Assembly (NCBI GenBank): GCA_026390445.1
Contig: JAPLFX010000121.1
Span: forward strand, 4,175 to 68,174
Length of the DNA stretch: 64,000 nucleotides
Source: Pseudomonadota bacterium
Lineage (GTDB): Bacteria; Bdellovibrionota_B; Oligoflexia; Oligoflexales; CAIYRB01
Direction of reading: 5' to 3'
The translations under genes and the position numbers were made by a program. Below the pieces are notes generated by a model. The model saw nothing but the letters and a program-made list of their open reading frames with translations. It was not told the DNA's origin and searched no databases. Positions 8,648 through 17,164 of this stretch are shown here, one piece after another (the first letter of the stretch is position 1; each line of letters opens with the position of its first letter).

Positions 8648-10276
8648 TCAGATCTCGCCCATATCCCTAATGTTTTGGGCCACCGGCTTACGGGCTTTCG
8701 CCCGTCGGCCCCGCAGTGGCCGCGTGCCGGACGCTGGGGCGGAGAGCCGCAGGCTCGGAGCCGTAGCGGTAGGCTCCGGACTGTGGCTCTTATAGCCATC
8801 ACAGTTAGTGCCCGCAGAGCTACCGACGTAGTCCAGCTCAAGCTGTTCTTGGACAATGCGTAGGGTATCGCCTAAGTGCTCGGCGAGCTGGTCAACGAGG
8901 TCCATATTGGCTGGAGCAGCGTGAACCATCCTCACCAATGCGACCAGTTTTTCGGCAGTGGTCCTTTGATCCATTGCGAGCAGGTGCTTATGGAGGTCTG
9001 CGATTCCTTCGCTGAGCACCGACCAAATTGGCCGATGTTCAGCACCTTCCGCCCGGAAGCCAAGGCCGATAAGGCCTGTCGAGGCTTCCCGGTCAGCTAG
9101 GTCCCTGGCACGGCGGTCGACGCTTTCAGACCAGAGTGCGAATAAGCCATCGCAGAGTTCTGACCACGGGACTAGCCGCTGGTGAGCAGCCGCAAGGAGG
9201 GCCAGCTGACGGTTGTGGAAGTTGGTGAGGGCATCGTGCAGAGTCAGTCGACCCGGCGTGGCTTTCGATTGTTTCTTTTCTGGTTCTTTGTCGGCCGCCA
9301 TGGTGGTCGCGGGGATTTTTTTGGCCTCGGTGCGGAATGGAGGCATCGCCATGGCCTCAGCGAATCTTATGGATGTCGGCCAGCGATTAGTCTTGGTCTT
9401 TTTGCTGACGTTGGTATTGGCGTTCGCTGGGCACTCTCGCACCGTCCGGCGTTGCGTCCACAGGTCAAAAAGCAGCGACGCTGACAACGTGCCGCCATAT
9501 AGGGCCGTCGTGACGGCACGCAGCGGTTGCTTGCCACTCATTCCTATCTCCAGCCTGGTGACGTCTTGGTCCTCCGGAACGCCATCTTTCTGCCACCGGG
9601 CAGTATGGGCCGCCAGGACATCGACGTCTTTGCACGCATTGTCCAGCCAACGCCTTTTAGAGTAAATGCGAAGTAGCCAAGCTCCCCGCGGTCCGGCAAG
9701 CCACACGCTGTTGTATTGGTTAAGAGGTGTGACTTTGTCACCCATGAACGGCCAGAATATTCGCTCTGACGGGAGGGGTAGGACATTGCGGGCGTTGATG
9801 GCGTTGCCAGCAAACTCCCGCATGGCCTCGGCCTGAGTGACATGGGCTTTCAGTGCGAAATGTTGGTGAAGAGCCAAGGCCATAGCCTTAATGATGTCCA
9901 GACCCGCCTTGTCGTCATACTGGAGCAGGGCCCAAAACTTGCCGTTAAAATCGATGCGAGTGCCGTGGGGTTCCACGGCGACGAAAATGCCGTTGTCTGT
10001 CTGGTAGGCTGGCGTATTCCCAGGGAGACGTTTCAGAGCGAGGCCCAATACTCGCCGTAGCTCGTCACCCGGGTCACCTGCATACCGGCTACGTATGAGC
10101 TTGGGGACGACGATGCGGAGGTTGTCGAAGTGCGGGACAGCTAGCGGGTGGTCCAGAGGCAAAGGCGGCAAGGTGGCAACGACTGGCGTCTGCCGACCAG
10201 CTTCACGGATAGCCCCTCGGGCGGCCCTGCAGGGCCGGCGTTTAGGGCGAGCCTTTTTTGCCTTGGCCCTTCCCAT
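8648..10276 (-). CDS. replication initiation protein (Rep_trans/RepSA-like rolling-circle initiator)
   Basis: The ordered motifs HGTRIDFNG, LLRIYSKRRW and VTRLEIGMSGKQ resemble the RID / RxYdK / tRxE blocks of replication initiation factor (PF02486-type) proteins. Basic N-terminus. Confidence 0.55.
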   Translation of the reverse strand: MGRAKAKKARPKRRPCRAARGAIREAGRQTPVVATLPPLPLDHPLAVPHFDNLRIVVPKLIRSRYAGDPGDELRRVLGLALKRLPGNTPAYQTDNGIFVAVEPHGTRIDFNGKFWALLQYDDKAGLDIIKAMALALHQHFALKAHVTQAEAMREFAGNAINARNVLPLPSERIFWPFMGDKVTPLNQYNSVWLAGPRGAWLLRIYSKRRWLDNACKDVDVLAAHTARWQKDGVPEDQDVTRLEIGMSGKQPLRAVTTALYGGTLSASLLFDLWTQRRTVRECPANANTNVSKKTKTNRWPTSIRFAEAMAMPPFRTEAKKIPATTMAADKEPEKKQSKATPGRLTLHDALTNFHNRQLALLAAAHQRLVPWSELCDGLFALWSESVDRRARDLADREASTGLIGLGFRAEGAEHRPIWSVLSEGIADLHKHLLAMDQRTTAEKLVALVRMVHAAPANMDLVDQLAEHLGDTLRIVQEQLELDYVGSSAGTNCDGYKSHSPEPTATAPSLRLSAPASGTRPLRGRRAKARKPVAQNIRDMGEI

Positions 10277-11588
10277 GGTGGTCGCCGCCCTTAAAAAAAT
10301 CTGGATTATATGGACCCCGGAACTTTATTAATTGATTGTTTTCATGGAGGAAAAACACCCCACGCGGCATTGGCTCTCGGGCTGCCCTGTCGCTTTGCAC
10401 CAGGGTCCGGGCCATGGCATCGCGGTATCGTCCGACTACCTTCCATGACAGACCATCGAGCTCGATGGCCAGTGCTCCGGCTGCAGGGTCTTGCACGCCA
10501 ATAAGACAGTGCCTCGATATCGCACGGTACTTCCGGAACCAGGCTCCTACGGTGTCGATAAGCTGGGCGTAGGTTTGCTCCAGATCGTTCCAAGGCTTCT
10601 CCTGGGTCGGGCGGCGGAGCGGCCTCAGGTAGTCTTTGGCCTCGTCACACACCAGCACCCACCTGGGATGGGTCTCGGGCGATACGATGCCGAGCCGGTA
10701 CAAGTCCTCGATGTGCTCAACATGGTGGGCGTCCAGGAGGTCGAGGAGGGCGGCGGCGGTAGCGTTCAACTCCGCCAAAAGTTGCTGGAGAGACGCCATG
10801 TCCGAGGGCTTGAAGGCATTGAACACCTGCGTTCCCGGGATTCGGCGGAACAGAGCCAAGTGCTTGGTGGAAATAACCACGATCCGGACGGACGGCGTCG
10901 TCTTCACCACCGACGTCAAGTACATCGCAATCCATGCCGACTTCCCGGATCCTGATGGAGCGATGATAGCGGCGGCCGGGTCATCGGCCAGCCGGCGGGT
11001 CAGTGGCGTGAGACGCTCCGATATTCCTAGAAAGGCGGTGAACGGCTCCATATCACGAGGCATTGCCGACAAATCGACAGCGTCGGGCACCGTGGCTGCA
11101 TGGAAGCGGAAGACCCGAGGGTCTTTATCATCTGCCGTACAGTCGTAGAACCAGGTGCCCCAACTGCCGGACCATAAATCCAGCTCGTCCCGGAGCTTCT
11201 GGCGTTTTACCCCGTGGGGGAACGTAACTCGGAGGGTGGCTTTCCGGACCTTGGATCGTCCGACCGTAATGCTTTCCCATTTGGCGATTGGGTATATCCA
11301 CTCACGGACGGCGGCGTTCTTCGGGGACAGGACCTCACGTTGCGATGCATAATTGTGCAACTCGTAGAATTCGTGACGCAGGTACTTGCGGCGGTAGTGA
11401 CGATAGAGGGAGCAACATGCCAGGGCAGGCAGGGTGAGGATTTTGATGGTGGACCTTGGATACCTGATGGCGAGAACAGTCGCCAAGCCGGCGATGACCC
11501 ACAATCCGAAATCATCGAGCGTCCCGCAGGCGGCCGAGGAGAGACCCCAGGCATGAACTGGCGGGATTTTGCAGATGATGTGTGTCAT
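10242..11588 (-). CDS. membrane-anchored P-loop ATPase, FtsK/SpoIIIE/TraB-like DNA translocase
   Basis: N-terminal hydrophobic segments, Walker A IIAPSGSGKS and Walker B WVLVCDEA. Strong RBS GAGGAGGAGG before the ATG at 11588. Confidence 0.5.
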   Translation of the reverse strand: MTHIICKIPPVHAWGLSSAACGTLDDFGLWVIAGLATVLAIRYPRSTIKILTLPALACCSLYRHYRRKYLRHEFYELHNYASQREVLSPKNAAVREWIYPIAKWESITVGRSKVRKATLRVTFPHGVKRQKLRDELDLWSGSWGTWFYDCTADDKDPRVFRFHAATVPDAVDLSAMPRDMEPFTAFLGISERLTPLTRRLADDPAAAIIAPSGSGKSAWIAMYLTSVVKTTPSVRIVVISTKHLALFRRIPGTQVFNAFKPSDMASLQQLLAELNATAAALLDLLDAHHVEHIEDLYRLGIVSPETHPRWVLVCDEAKDYLRPLRRPTQEKPWNDLEQTYAQLIDTVGAWFRKYRAISRHCLIGVQDPAAGALAIELDGLSWKVVGRYRDAMARTLVQSDRAAREPMPRGVFFLHENNQLIKFRGPYNPDFFKGGDHHGKGQGKKGSP

Positions 11589-11614
11589 GGGTACCTCCTC
11601 CTCGGATGTGCGGG

Positions 11615-11917
11615 CTAGGGTCGCCGGTAGACCTTGGTGACCGTGTGGAAATCGTTTTCCAGGCGGCTAATCTCGTCGTCGCCATCAACGAAAAATCCGT
11701 CACCCCGCCAGTCATGGGTCGGCGGTGGCGACACAGAAGCCAGCCACGCTTCGGCTGACTGCATAGGACGTAGATAAAGGTTCACGAGTGCGAGGGCGGC
11801 GGCGATGGTGGCGATTCCCGGTGGCGTGCCGATGGCGTTAGGACACCCACGACGCACCAGCCGCACACCGCCACCATAGGACCTGACGAACCGCCCCAGC
11901 ACTTCGTGCTCGTTCAT
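11615..11917 (-). CDS. hypothetical small membrane protein
   Basis: 100 aa with one hydrophobic segment (GIATIAAALALVNLYL). RBS GGAGGGAGG before the ATG. Start overlaps the stop of the upstream ORF. Confidence 0.5.
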   Translation of the reverse strand: MNEHEVLGRFVRSYGGGVRLVRRGCPNAIGTPPGIATIAAALALVNLYLRPMQSAEAWLASVSPPPTHDWRGDGFFVDGDDEISRLENDFHTVTKVYRRP

Positions 11918-12249
11918 GGCTTGCCTCCCTCCGCTGGCCTTTTCGCCGGCGTCGTGGCGGTGGTCGCCCCAGGCAGAATTTCCAAGATTCGACCGTAGAG
12001 GGCGGTTTGAGTGCCGCTGACGACGTAGGCACCGATTTCCACCCGCAAGGTTTGCACGCCTTTAGGCACCTCAACGGCGGACTTGAAACGCTCGACGGTC
12101 CGTTCCTCGAAAATTTCGTCCGACCCTGGGATGGTACGGACGTTCGTGCCTTCAAAAGCAACGAGGAATGGCGGTTGGTCTTTCTCGGCCTTGTCATTTG
12201 GGGAAGTGCCGAGGACACGGATGGTCATGATGACTGTAGCTTTCTTCAT
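11914..12249 (-). CDS. hypothetical protein
   Basis: 111 aa with AAAGG upstream of the ATG. Same strand and translationally coupled to the downstream ORF. No family recognised. Confidence 0.5.
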   Translation of the reverse strand: MKKATVIMTIRVLGTSPNDKAEKDQPPFLVAFEGTNVRTIPGSDEIFEERTVERFKSAVEVPKGVQTLRVEIGAYVVSGTQTALYGRILEILPGATTATTPAKRPAEGGKP

Positions 12250-12596
12250 GGTGTTACCTTTCAGAATGTTTTGCGTTGATGAATTGCGTTTGTGGCTAGA
12301 TGGATTCCGGTCGGATCATTGGCGGTTGGGCACGGCCCTCCTTTATGAGCCCAGGGAAATGGGGTGGGTGACATGCTGATAAGGTACCGAGATCCAAGTG
12401 CGGCGATTTAGGGGGGGTGGACAGCAAGATGGTCGCACGATCCGTAACCAAGATAAGTATTTGAAATAACGGGACATGTAGGAGATTGGCCCGCGGCCGA
12501 TGGGGAGGGCGTCACCCCCCTCTCGCAGCGGGATGACTGGTTTTGCGGCTGCCAGGAGCCAGACGGGCGATGCCATCTGACTCCGCTGACGGTGAT

Positions 12597-12869
12597 TTAT
12601 GCAGCCGCCCGGCGAGCAATGGACTCAACGACGACCTTCAGGCGTCCCGATTTTCTATCAACGGAGATGCGGCCCGCGCAGGTAAGGTCGACTTCACCGA
12701 CGACCAGACCGGCAGACGCCTTCACCAGTGCCCAAGTGGCCTCTTGTGTAGCGATGCCGTCGTAGCCTGCCCCTTTCAGGACGATAAAGGCGGACAGCCA
12801 TTCAGCGTTCTTGGTTTTATCCAAGCGGATGACTTTGATGACGGAGAATGATGCGGTCACTTGGTTCAT
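12597..12869 (-). CDS. hypothetical protein
   Basis: Start set to MNQVTASF (ATG at 12869) because of the RBS GAGGAAATT directly upstream. 90 aa. No family recognised. Confidence 0.45.
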   Translation of the reverse strand: MNQVTASFSVIKVIRLDKTKNAEWLSAFIVLKGAGYDGIATQEATWALVKASAGLVVGEVDLTCAGRISVDRKSGRLKVVVESIARRAAA

Positions 12870-13158
12870 AATTTCCTCGTGATTGAGTGTTGGCTGGGCG
12901 TTCTGCCCTCGCAAGAATGGGGCAGACGCAGCTAGCCAACTGGAGCGACGTCAGCCAGGCGGATTGCTCCGGCATACGTGCTGCAGGGAGGCTATATCCA
13001 CGGCGTCTGTAAAAGATGAAGTGGCCCCCGGAGGCACGGAGGCTGGTCATGGAGCTGGCGCTGACGAGCGGACGAGGGAGGAAATGGCTGCAAAACCGGG
13101 CCAGAGAGGCGTCGTGAGTACCCCTAACGGGTAATTTGCAGGCCAAGAACACATCGGA

Positions 13159-13533
13159 TCAGCTGTTAACGGTGATCCGTGGTCGGGAGTTTGCCCATGT
13201 TATCAGGTCAGCAATGTAGCTGGCCCTTCTGGTCTGCGGGTTCTGTGAAATGATACTGCCGAATGCCCCTGCGCGCAGGTGGATCTTGCTGTTTTTAGGG
13301 CCGAGGTGATTAATCAATATGATGGGTTTACCAGAACCCTGGAGGTAAGCACGTGCACGGTACGTTTTGCCGTTGAGTGTCCGAATCAGCTGCCCGTTAA
13401 ACGCTAGTTGGTTGAAGACGGTGCGGAACATTGATACCTCGCGTTTTGATAAGGCCGTGATGATGCCGTTGCGCCGTGTTGAATAAGGGCGTCCTGAGTT
13501 TGTCGTCTGAGGGCGAAATCCGGGCGAAATCAC
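13159..13533 (-). CDS. hypothetical protein
   Basis: ORF of 124 aa overlapping the upstream stop. An alternative start at 13431 (MFRTVF) has the RBS GAGGTATCA. No family recognised. Confidence 0.4.
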   Translation of the reverse strand: MISPGFRPQTTNSGRPYSTRRNGIITALSKREVSMFRTVFNQLAFNGQLIRTLNGKTYRARAYLQGSGKPIILINHLGPKNSKIHLRAGAFGSIISQNPQTRRASYIADLITWANSRPRITVNS

Positions 13534-13802
13534 CGTTTGCTATGGATACGTCGTTTCGGAGCAAATGTGTCCTTTGCACTTTCTTCCCCATGCATAGCAA
13601 CGTGGTAGGCGATATTTCGCACTAACTCCCTGTTGTGGAGCAACAATAGTGCCAAACCTCCGCCACACATTTCCTTGGAAACAGCCTTGATAATCGCCTT
13701 ACGGATGTCACGCTGTTGCCACAATTGCCTCACTTCACCAAGTCGGTCGGCCAATTCGTCGATTCGCTCCTCGGTCGACTTCTGTCTTTTCGTCGCCCCC
13801 AT
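13530..13802 (-). CDS. hypothetical protein
   Basis: 90 aa with a strong RBS GGAGGATCC before the ATG. Charged, helical-looking N-terminus. No family recognised. Confidence 0.5.
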   Translation of the reverse strand: MGATKRQKSTEERIDELADRLGEVRQLWQQRDIRKAIIKAVSKEMCGGGLALLLLHNRELVRNIAYHVAMHGEESAKDTFAPKRRIHSKR

Positions 13803-13902
13803 GGATCCTCCTTCGTTTGATTAGAATTACGATATTATTGCGGTCCCGGGTCAGCATTAAGGACTGATAGTGGAATAGGGCATTTCGCGTGCGAGGCGGC
13901 GG

Positions 13903-14247
13903 TCACCACAGCTCCCACCAGACCGGCTTTTTGCCGCTAACTCGCTTTATTATCCCAATGTGAGCCAGCACCGGGCCTAGATGGGATAGGTGGCGTGGGG
14001 TAAGCCCCCCTGGTTTATGAGTTTGCACGAAGTCGCCAAGTGAGCCTGCCGGTGGTGCGTCCTCGCTCATTCCGGGCTTAAGCTTTTTGGCTTGGGCGAG
14101 TTTCGTCGCCTGTTCGATGATAATTCTCACGGAGTCCCAGGACACTATTTTGATAGATTGACCGTAAATGATTGTTACGCCGGCCGTAGCGTCAATCTCG
14201 GTGTCAAATCCCTCGCCCATGGCCGTTTGTAATTGAACTTTTGGCAT
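13903..14247 (-). CDS. hypothetical protein
   Basis: 114 aa with RBS GGGGAGATC upstream of the ATG. No family recognised. Confidence 0.45.
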   Translation of the reverse strand: MPKVQLQTAMGEGFDTEIDATAGVTIIYGQSIKIVSWDSVRIIIEQATKLAQAKKLKPGMSEDAPPAGSLGDFVQTHKPGGLTPRHLSHLGPVLAHIGIIKRVSGKKPVWWELW

Positions 14248-14334
14248 CGATGATCTCCCCGCGTCCTAGGTCGCCAATGGCACCACATTCAGCGTTCAAC
14301 ATTCAGCGTTCAACTGTGGTCCTGACACGGAGTC

Positions 14335-15579
14335 CTAAAAGGCGGCACAATGATAGGTCCCGACCCAGTTCGTCGTATAGTAGCTCGGACTATCAACTTC
14401 CATTGTGGTGCTCCCAAGATTCGTTACCACCGCCGTAGCGAATTTATATTGGTGATAGGTAGTGCTATTGATAGTGCAAGTGGTGGGAATGCCTGTCGCC
14501 ATATCACTGGCAAACGTCCCTGGCCATGGGTTTTGACCATTCCCGTTCTGGATCGTATATCCAGACGGCAGTGTCGGGTACGTAACCGTGAATTTGTAGT
14601 CATTGTTGGTCGCGACCGTACTCCCCACGGCATCGATAGCACTCACGCATGCATAGTAGGTCCCTTGCGTTAACGCCGTAAGTAGCTGCGTGACGGCCGT
14701 TGTGCTGTATGTTTGCGAGGGCGACGAGCAGTCGGAGTTCGAACTCACAGTGACCGAGTATGAGCCAGCCCCGTTGGCGGTGCCCCACGTCAACGTCGGT
14801 GTTTGGATCGTCGATACAGCGGTGCCCGAACTCACCGAGGTGACACTGAAGCTGCCAGGGGCAAGACTCACGGTAAATGCAAAGGGACTGTTCGCCGCGG
14901 TCAGCGTCGTCGAGCCGGATGTAGCAGTGACGCAGGAATAGTAACTGCCGGCGGTTAACGTAGTGAGGACCTGCGAGGTAGAGGTCACCGCCGTGTACGA
15001 CTGACTAGGACTACTACAATCCGAAGCTGCCGAAAGAGAGACACTGTAGGTAACCGTCGCTGTCGAAGGCGTAGGCGTTGAAGCTCCCCAGGTGACAGTA
15101 GGCGTCGCCGTGGTCGTCGCTGTAGCTGGGGCGGTGATGCTAAATGCTGCCAATTTCGGTGCGGCAGCCGTTAGAGTGACCGTGAATGCGAATGGGCTGT
15201 TGGTCGCAGCGAGGGTGGTCGACCCGGAGGTAGCGGTAACGCACACGTAGTAACTACCTGCCGTCAAGGCTGTCAGTGCTTGCGTGGTGGTCGTCACCGC
15301 GGTGTATGTCTGACTTGGACTACTGCAGTCGGATTTTGCTGAGGCCGAGACGTTATATACTACCGTAGCGCTTGATGGTGTCGGAGTTGCAGCTCCCCAG
15401 GTGACCGTTGGCGTTGCCGTGGTGATGGCGGCAGCCGGGGCGGTGATGCTGAATGCGGCAAGTGACGGAGCAGCGGCGGTAGGTGTGGCGGCAGTCGGAC
15501 TTGTAGCAGGCGATGGACCCTTGGACGATCCGCAAGCAGGCAACATGGCTATTAGCATGACCGTCGAGAGGCATTTCAT
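14335..15579 (-). CDS. lipoprotein with three tandem Ig/FN3-like repeats and a distinct C-terminal domain
   Basis: Signal peptide plus lipobox (MLPACGSS). RBS AGGAGGATC. Three ~100-aa units each contain TWG ... Y.V..S..SDCSSPSQ.Y ... LT.LT.G.YY.CV.A ... F.FTV. Confidence 0.7.
   Translation of the reverse strand: MKCLSTVMLIAMLPACGSSKGPSPATSPTAATPTAAAPSLAAFSITAPAAAITTATPTVTWGAATPTPSSATVVYNVSASAKSDCSSPSQTYTAVTTTTQALTALTAGSYYVCVTATSGSTTLAATNSPFAFTVTLTAAAPKLAAFSITAPATATTTATPTVTWGASTPTPSTATVTYSVSLSAASDCSSPSQSYTAVTSTSQVLTTLTAGSYYSCVTATSGSTTLTAANSPFAFTVSLAPGSFSVTSVSSGTAVSTIQTPTLTWGTANGAGSYSVTVSSNSDCSSPSQTYSTTAVTQLLTALTQGTYYACVSAIDAVGSTVATNNDYKFTVTYPTLPSGYTIQNGNGQNPWPGTFASDMATGIPTTCTINSTTYHQYKFATAVVTNLGSTTMEVDSPSYYTTNWVGTYHCAAF
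14575..15471 (-). repeat. three tandem ~300-bp intragenic repeats
   Basis: Approximate unit boundaries: aa 37-137 and 138-238 are near-identical, and aa 239-335 is diverged. This corresponds to 15471..15169, 15168..14866 and 14865..14575. Confidence 0.7.
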
Positions 15580-15791
15580 GGGAGATCCTCCTAGTTGTTA
15601 CTATCGACACCGAAATACGCCTCGGCACGATAGCCACGAAGCCTTAGCCATTTTTGGCAACTCGTGAGCAAGGACATTTATTCCAGTTGGTTGCGTGCGA
15701 AGCTGCAAGACCCGTCTGTTCCCAGACGGTCCGGATGGGCTTGGGCTCGGATCGACGGGATGCCCGTAGCTGGCGGGAATTAACTAAAGGA

Positions 15792-15866
15792 TGGCGGTCC
15801 CAGCAGGACTCGAACCTGCAACTGAGCTTTAGGAAAGCCCCGGTATATCCCTTTACCTATGGGACC
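15792..15866 (-). tRNA. tRNA-Arg (anticodon CCU), element-borne, CCA encoded
   Basis: 75 nt: GGTCCCA-TA-GGTA-AAGGGATA-TACC-G-GGGCT-TTCCTAA-AGCTC-AGTT-GCAGG-TTCGAGT-CCTGC-TGGGACC-G-CCA. All four stems pair. A small hairpin at 15712..15729 lies downstream. Confidence 0.85.
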
Positions 15867-15872
15867 TTACGG

Positions 15873-17042
15873 TCATGCGATGTCGTCCAAGTCTCTGTCC
15901 GCTTCGTCACGTTCTTTATCGCCAGGCGACCTAGCGTACAGAATCGTCGTCGACACCAAGGAATGCCTAAAATGACTCTTTGCGAGCATTATGTCGATAT
16001 TTTTCGTCCGTAGCAGCCAGAGACACGAGCTGCGGCGGAGGTCGTGCGGGGTCACGTTGAGGAGCGGGCGGACGTCCCTCGTATAGACCTTGTCATAATG
16101 CCCCCTTGTCCAGCTCCAGATGGGACCAGCCGGCAAGGTCTTCAGAATGTCGACGATCAGCTGGGCGGCGGTCATGTCCCAGATGCAGACATACTCGCGT
16201 CGGTATTGGTTCTTAACCTCCTCCTCTTCGCTGGCAATCTTGGCCCGTTCGACGCTGATAATCAGTTTACTGCCCATATCATAGCGTTTAAAGCCAGTAT
16301 AGGTTTCGCACTGGCTGGCGTTTTTGTTGCCGGTCAGGAAGTCCTTATGATGAAGTCCCGTGAATTCGCTCGGCGACAGCCCGCCAAAATAGCCGCACAG
16401 GACACCCAGAGCTGCCAACGGACTCTTGGCCAGCAGGGCACGAGCGGTTTGGAGGGCGGCCTCGGGATCGACTCTAACCTTGAGCGGGGTTTCTTTAACA
16501 TAATTGGCCGAGGGGATGTCCAGAATCCATGGTTGGCTGATTTTTTCCTTCTTGGCCAGCCAGCGTCCGAAATTATTGAGCAGCCACAGGATTTTTTTTA
16601 CGGAGCTGATGTCTAGCGTGCCCCGCCGTGTCTCCTGGCTCAGCAAATAGACGGGAAAGTCGGCGATTTGGTGCCGCCACTTGCGGACGTTTTTGAGACC
16701 GTGAATACCGATGAAGTAGGGCAGGATATAAACGGCCCAGGCATCGTGGGTGTCCCTCATCGTGACATCCTTGACGCCTCGCATGAGCTGATATTCTTTC
16801 GTAAAGGCAGCCCAGCAGCTCGATAGATCGTCGCCCTGGCGGAGCTGGTATCGTTGCACCCGGTGGACGGCTACGCCGTGGGCATTCTCCCAGTCCCGAA
16901 CCCACTCGGTTATACGATCGTCATCAAGGTCATCCAGGTGCCGACATTCAGCCCTCGGCACCTGCACATTTTTCTTGGCGATGGTGTCATAGTAATAAAC
17001 CGTCACCAGTTTCGAGCCGCGTCTCCTGGTCCAGCAAGCCAT
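15873..17042 (-). CDS. tyrosine-type site-specific recombinase/integrase
   Basis: C-terminal HDLRRS (HxxR) and RHSLVSTTILY (H...Y) boxes. The box I region reads GGLSPSEFTGL. RBS GAGAGGGA. Adjacent to the tRNA and to the split-tRNA junction. Confidence 0.75.
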   Translation of the reverse strand: MACWTRRRGSKLVTVYYYDTIAKKNVQVPRAECRHLDDLDDDRITEWVRDWENAHGVAVHRVQRYQLRQGDDLSSCWAAFTKEYQLMRGVKDVTMRDTHDAWAVYILPYFIGIHGLKNVRKWRHQIADFPVYLLSQETRRGTLDISSVKKILWLLNNFGRWLAKKEKISQPWILDIPSANYVKETPLKVRVDPEAALQTARALLAKSPLAALGVLCGYFGGLSPSEFTGLHHKDFLTGNKNASQCETYTGFKRYDMGSKLIISVERAKIASEEEEVKNQYRREYVCIWDMTAAQLIVDILKTLPAGPIWSWTRGHYDKVYTRDVRPLLNVTPHDLRRSSCLWLLRTKNIDIMLAKSHFRHSLVSTTILYARSPGDKERDEADRDLDDIA

Positions 17043-17164
17043 AATCGTCCCTCTCGTAGAGTGCGACGCTTCTTTTCGGCAATAAATTCAACGACCTTAG
17101 CATCATCCAAACTGCATCCGCTGCCGCCGCTGTAATCATTGACTAATTCAGCCAACTATAGGCC

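Larger units (their letters stand above)
7553..17164. mobile_element. integrated element (9,612 bp) inserted in the tRNA-Arg(CCU) anticodon loop
   Basis: Bounded by the two halves of one tRNA and by CTTTCCTAA at both junctions (7544..7552 and 17165..17173). Carries a tyrosine integrase, its own tRNA, a Rep_trans-like initiator, an FtsK-like ATPase and ORFans. Confidence 0.8.

Noticed and set aside
7553-17164. Two tandemly integrated elements sharing one att site, with the tRNA at 15792..15866 as the middle junction
   Set aside because: A tandem array would place an attP-like hybrid of the two element arms in the middle. Instead, the middle site is a self-consistent tRNA whose acceptor, D and T stems match neither the host halves nor the element arms.
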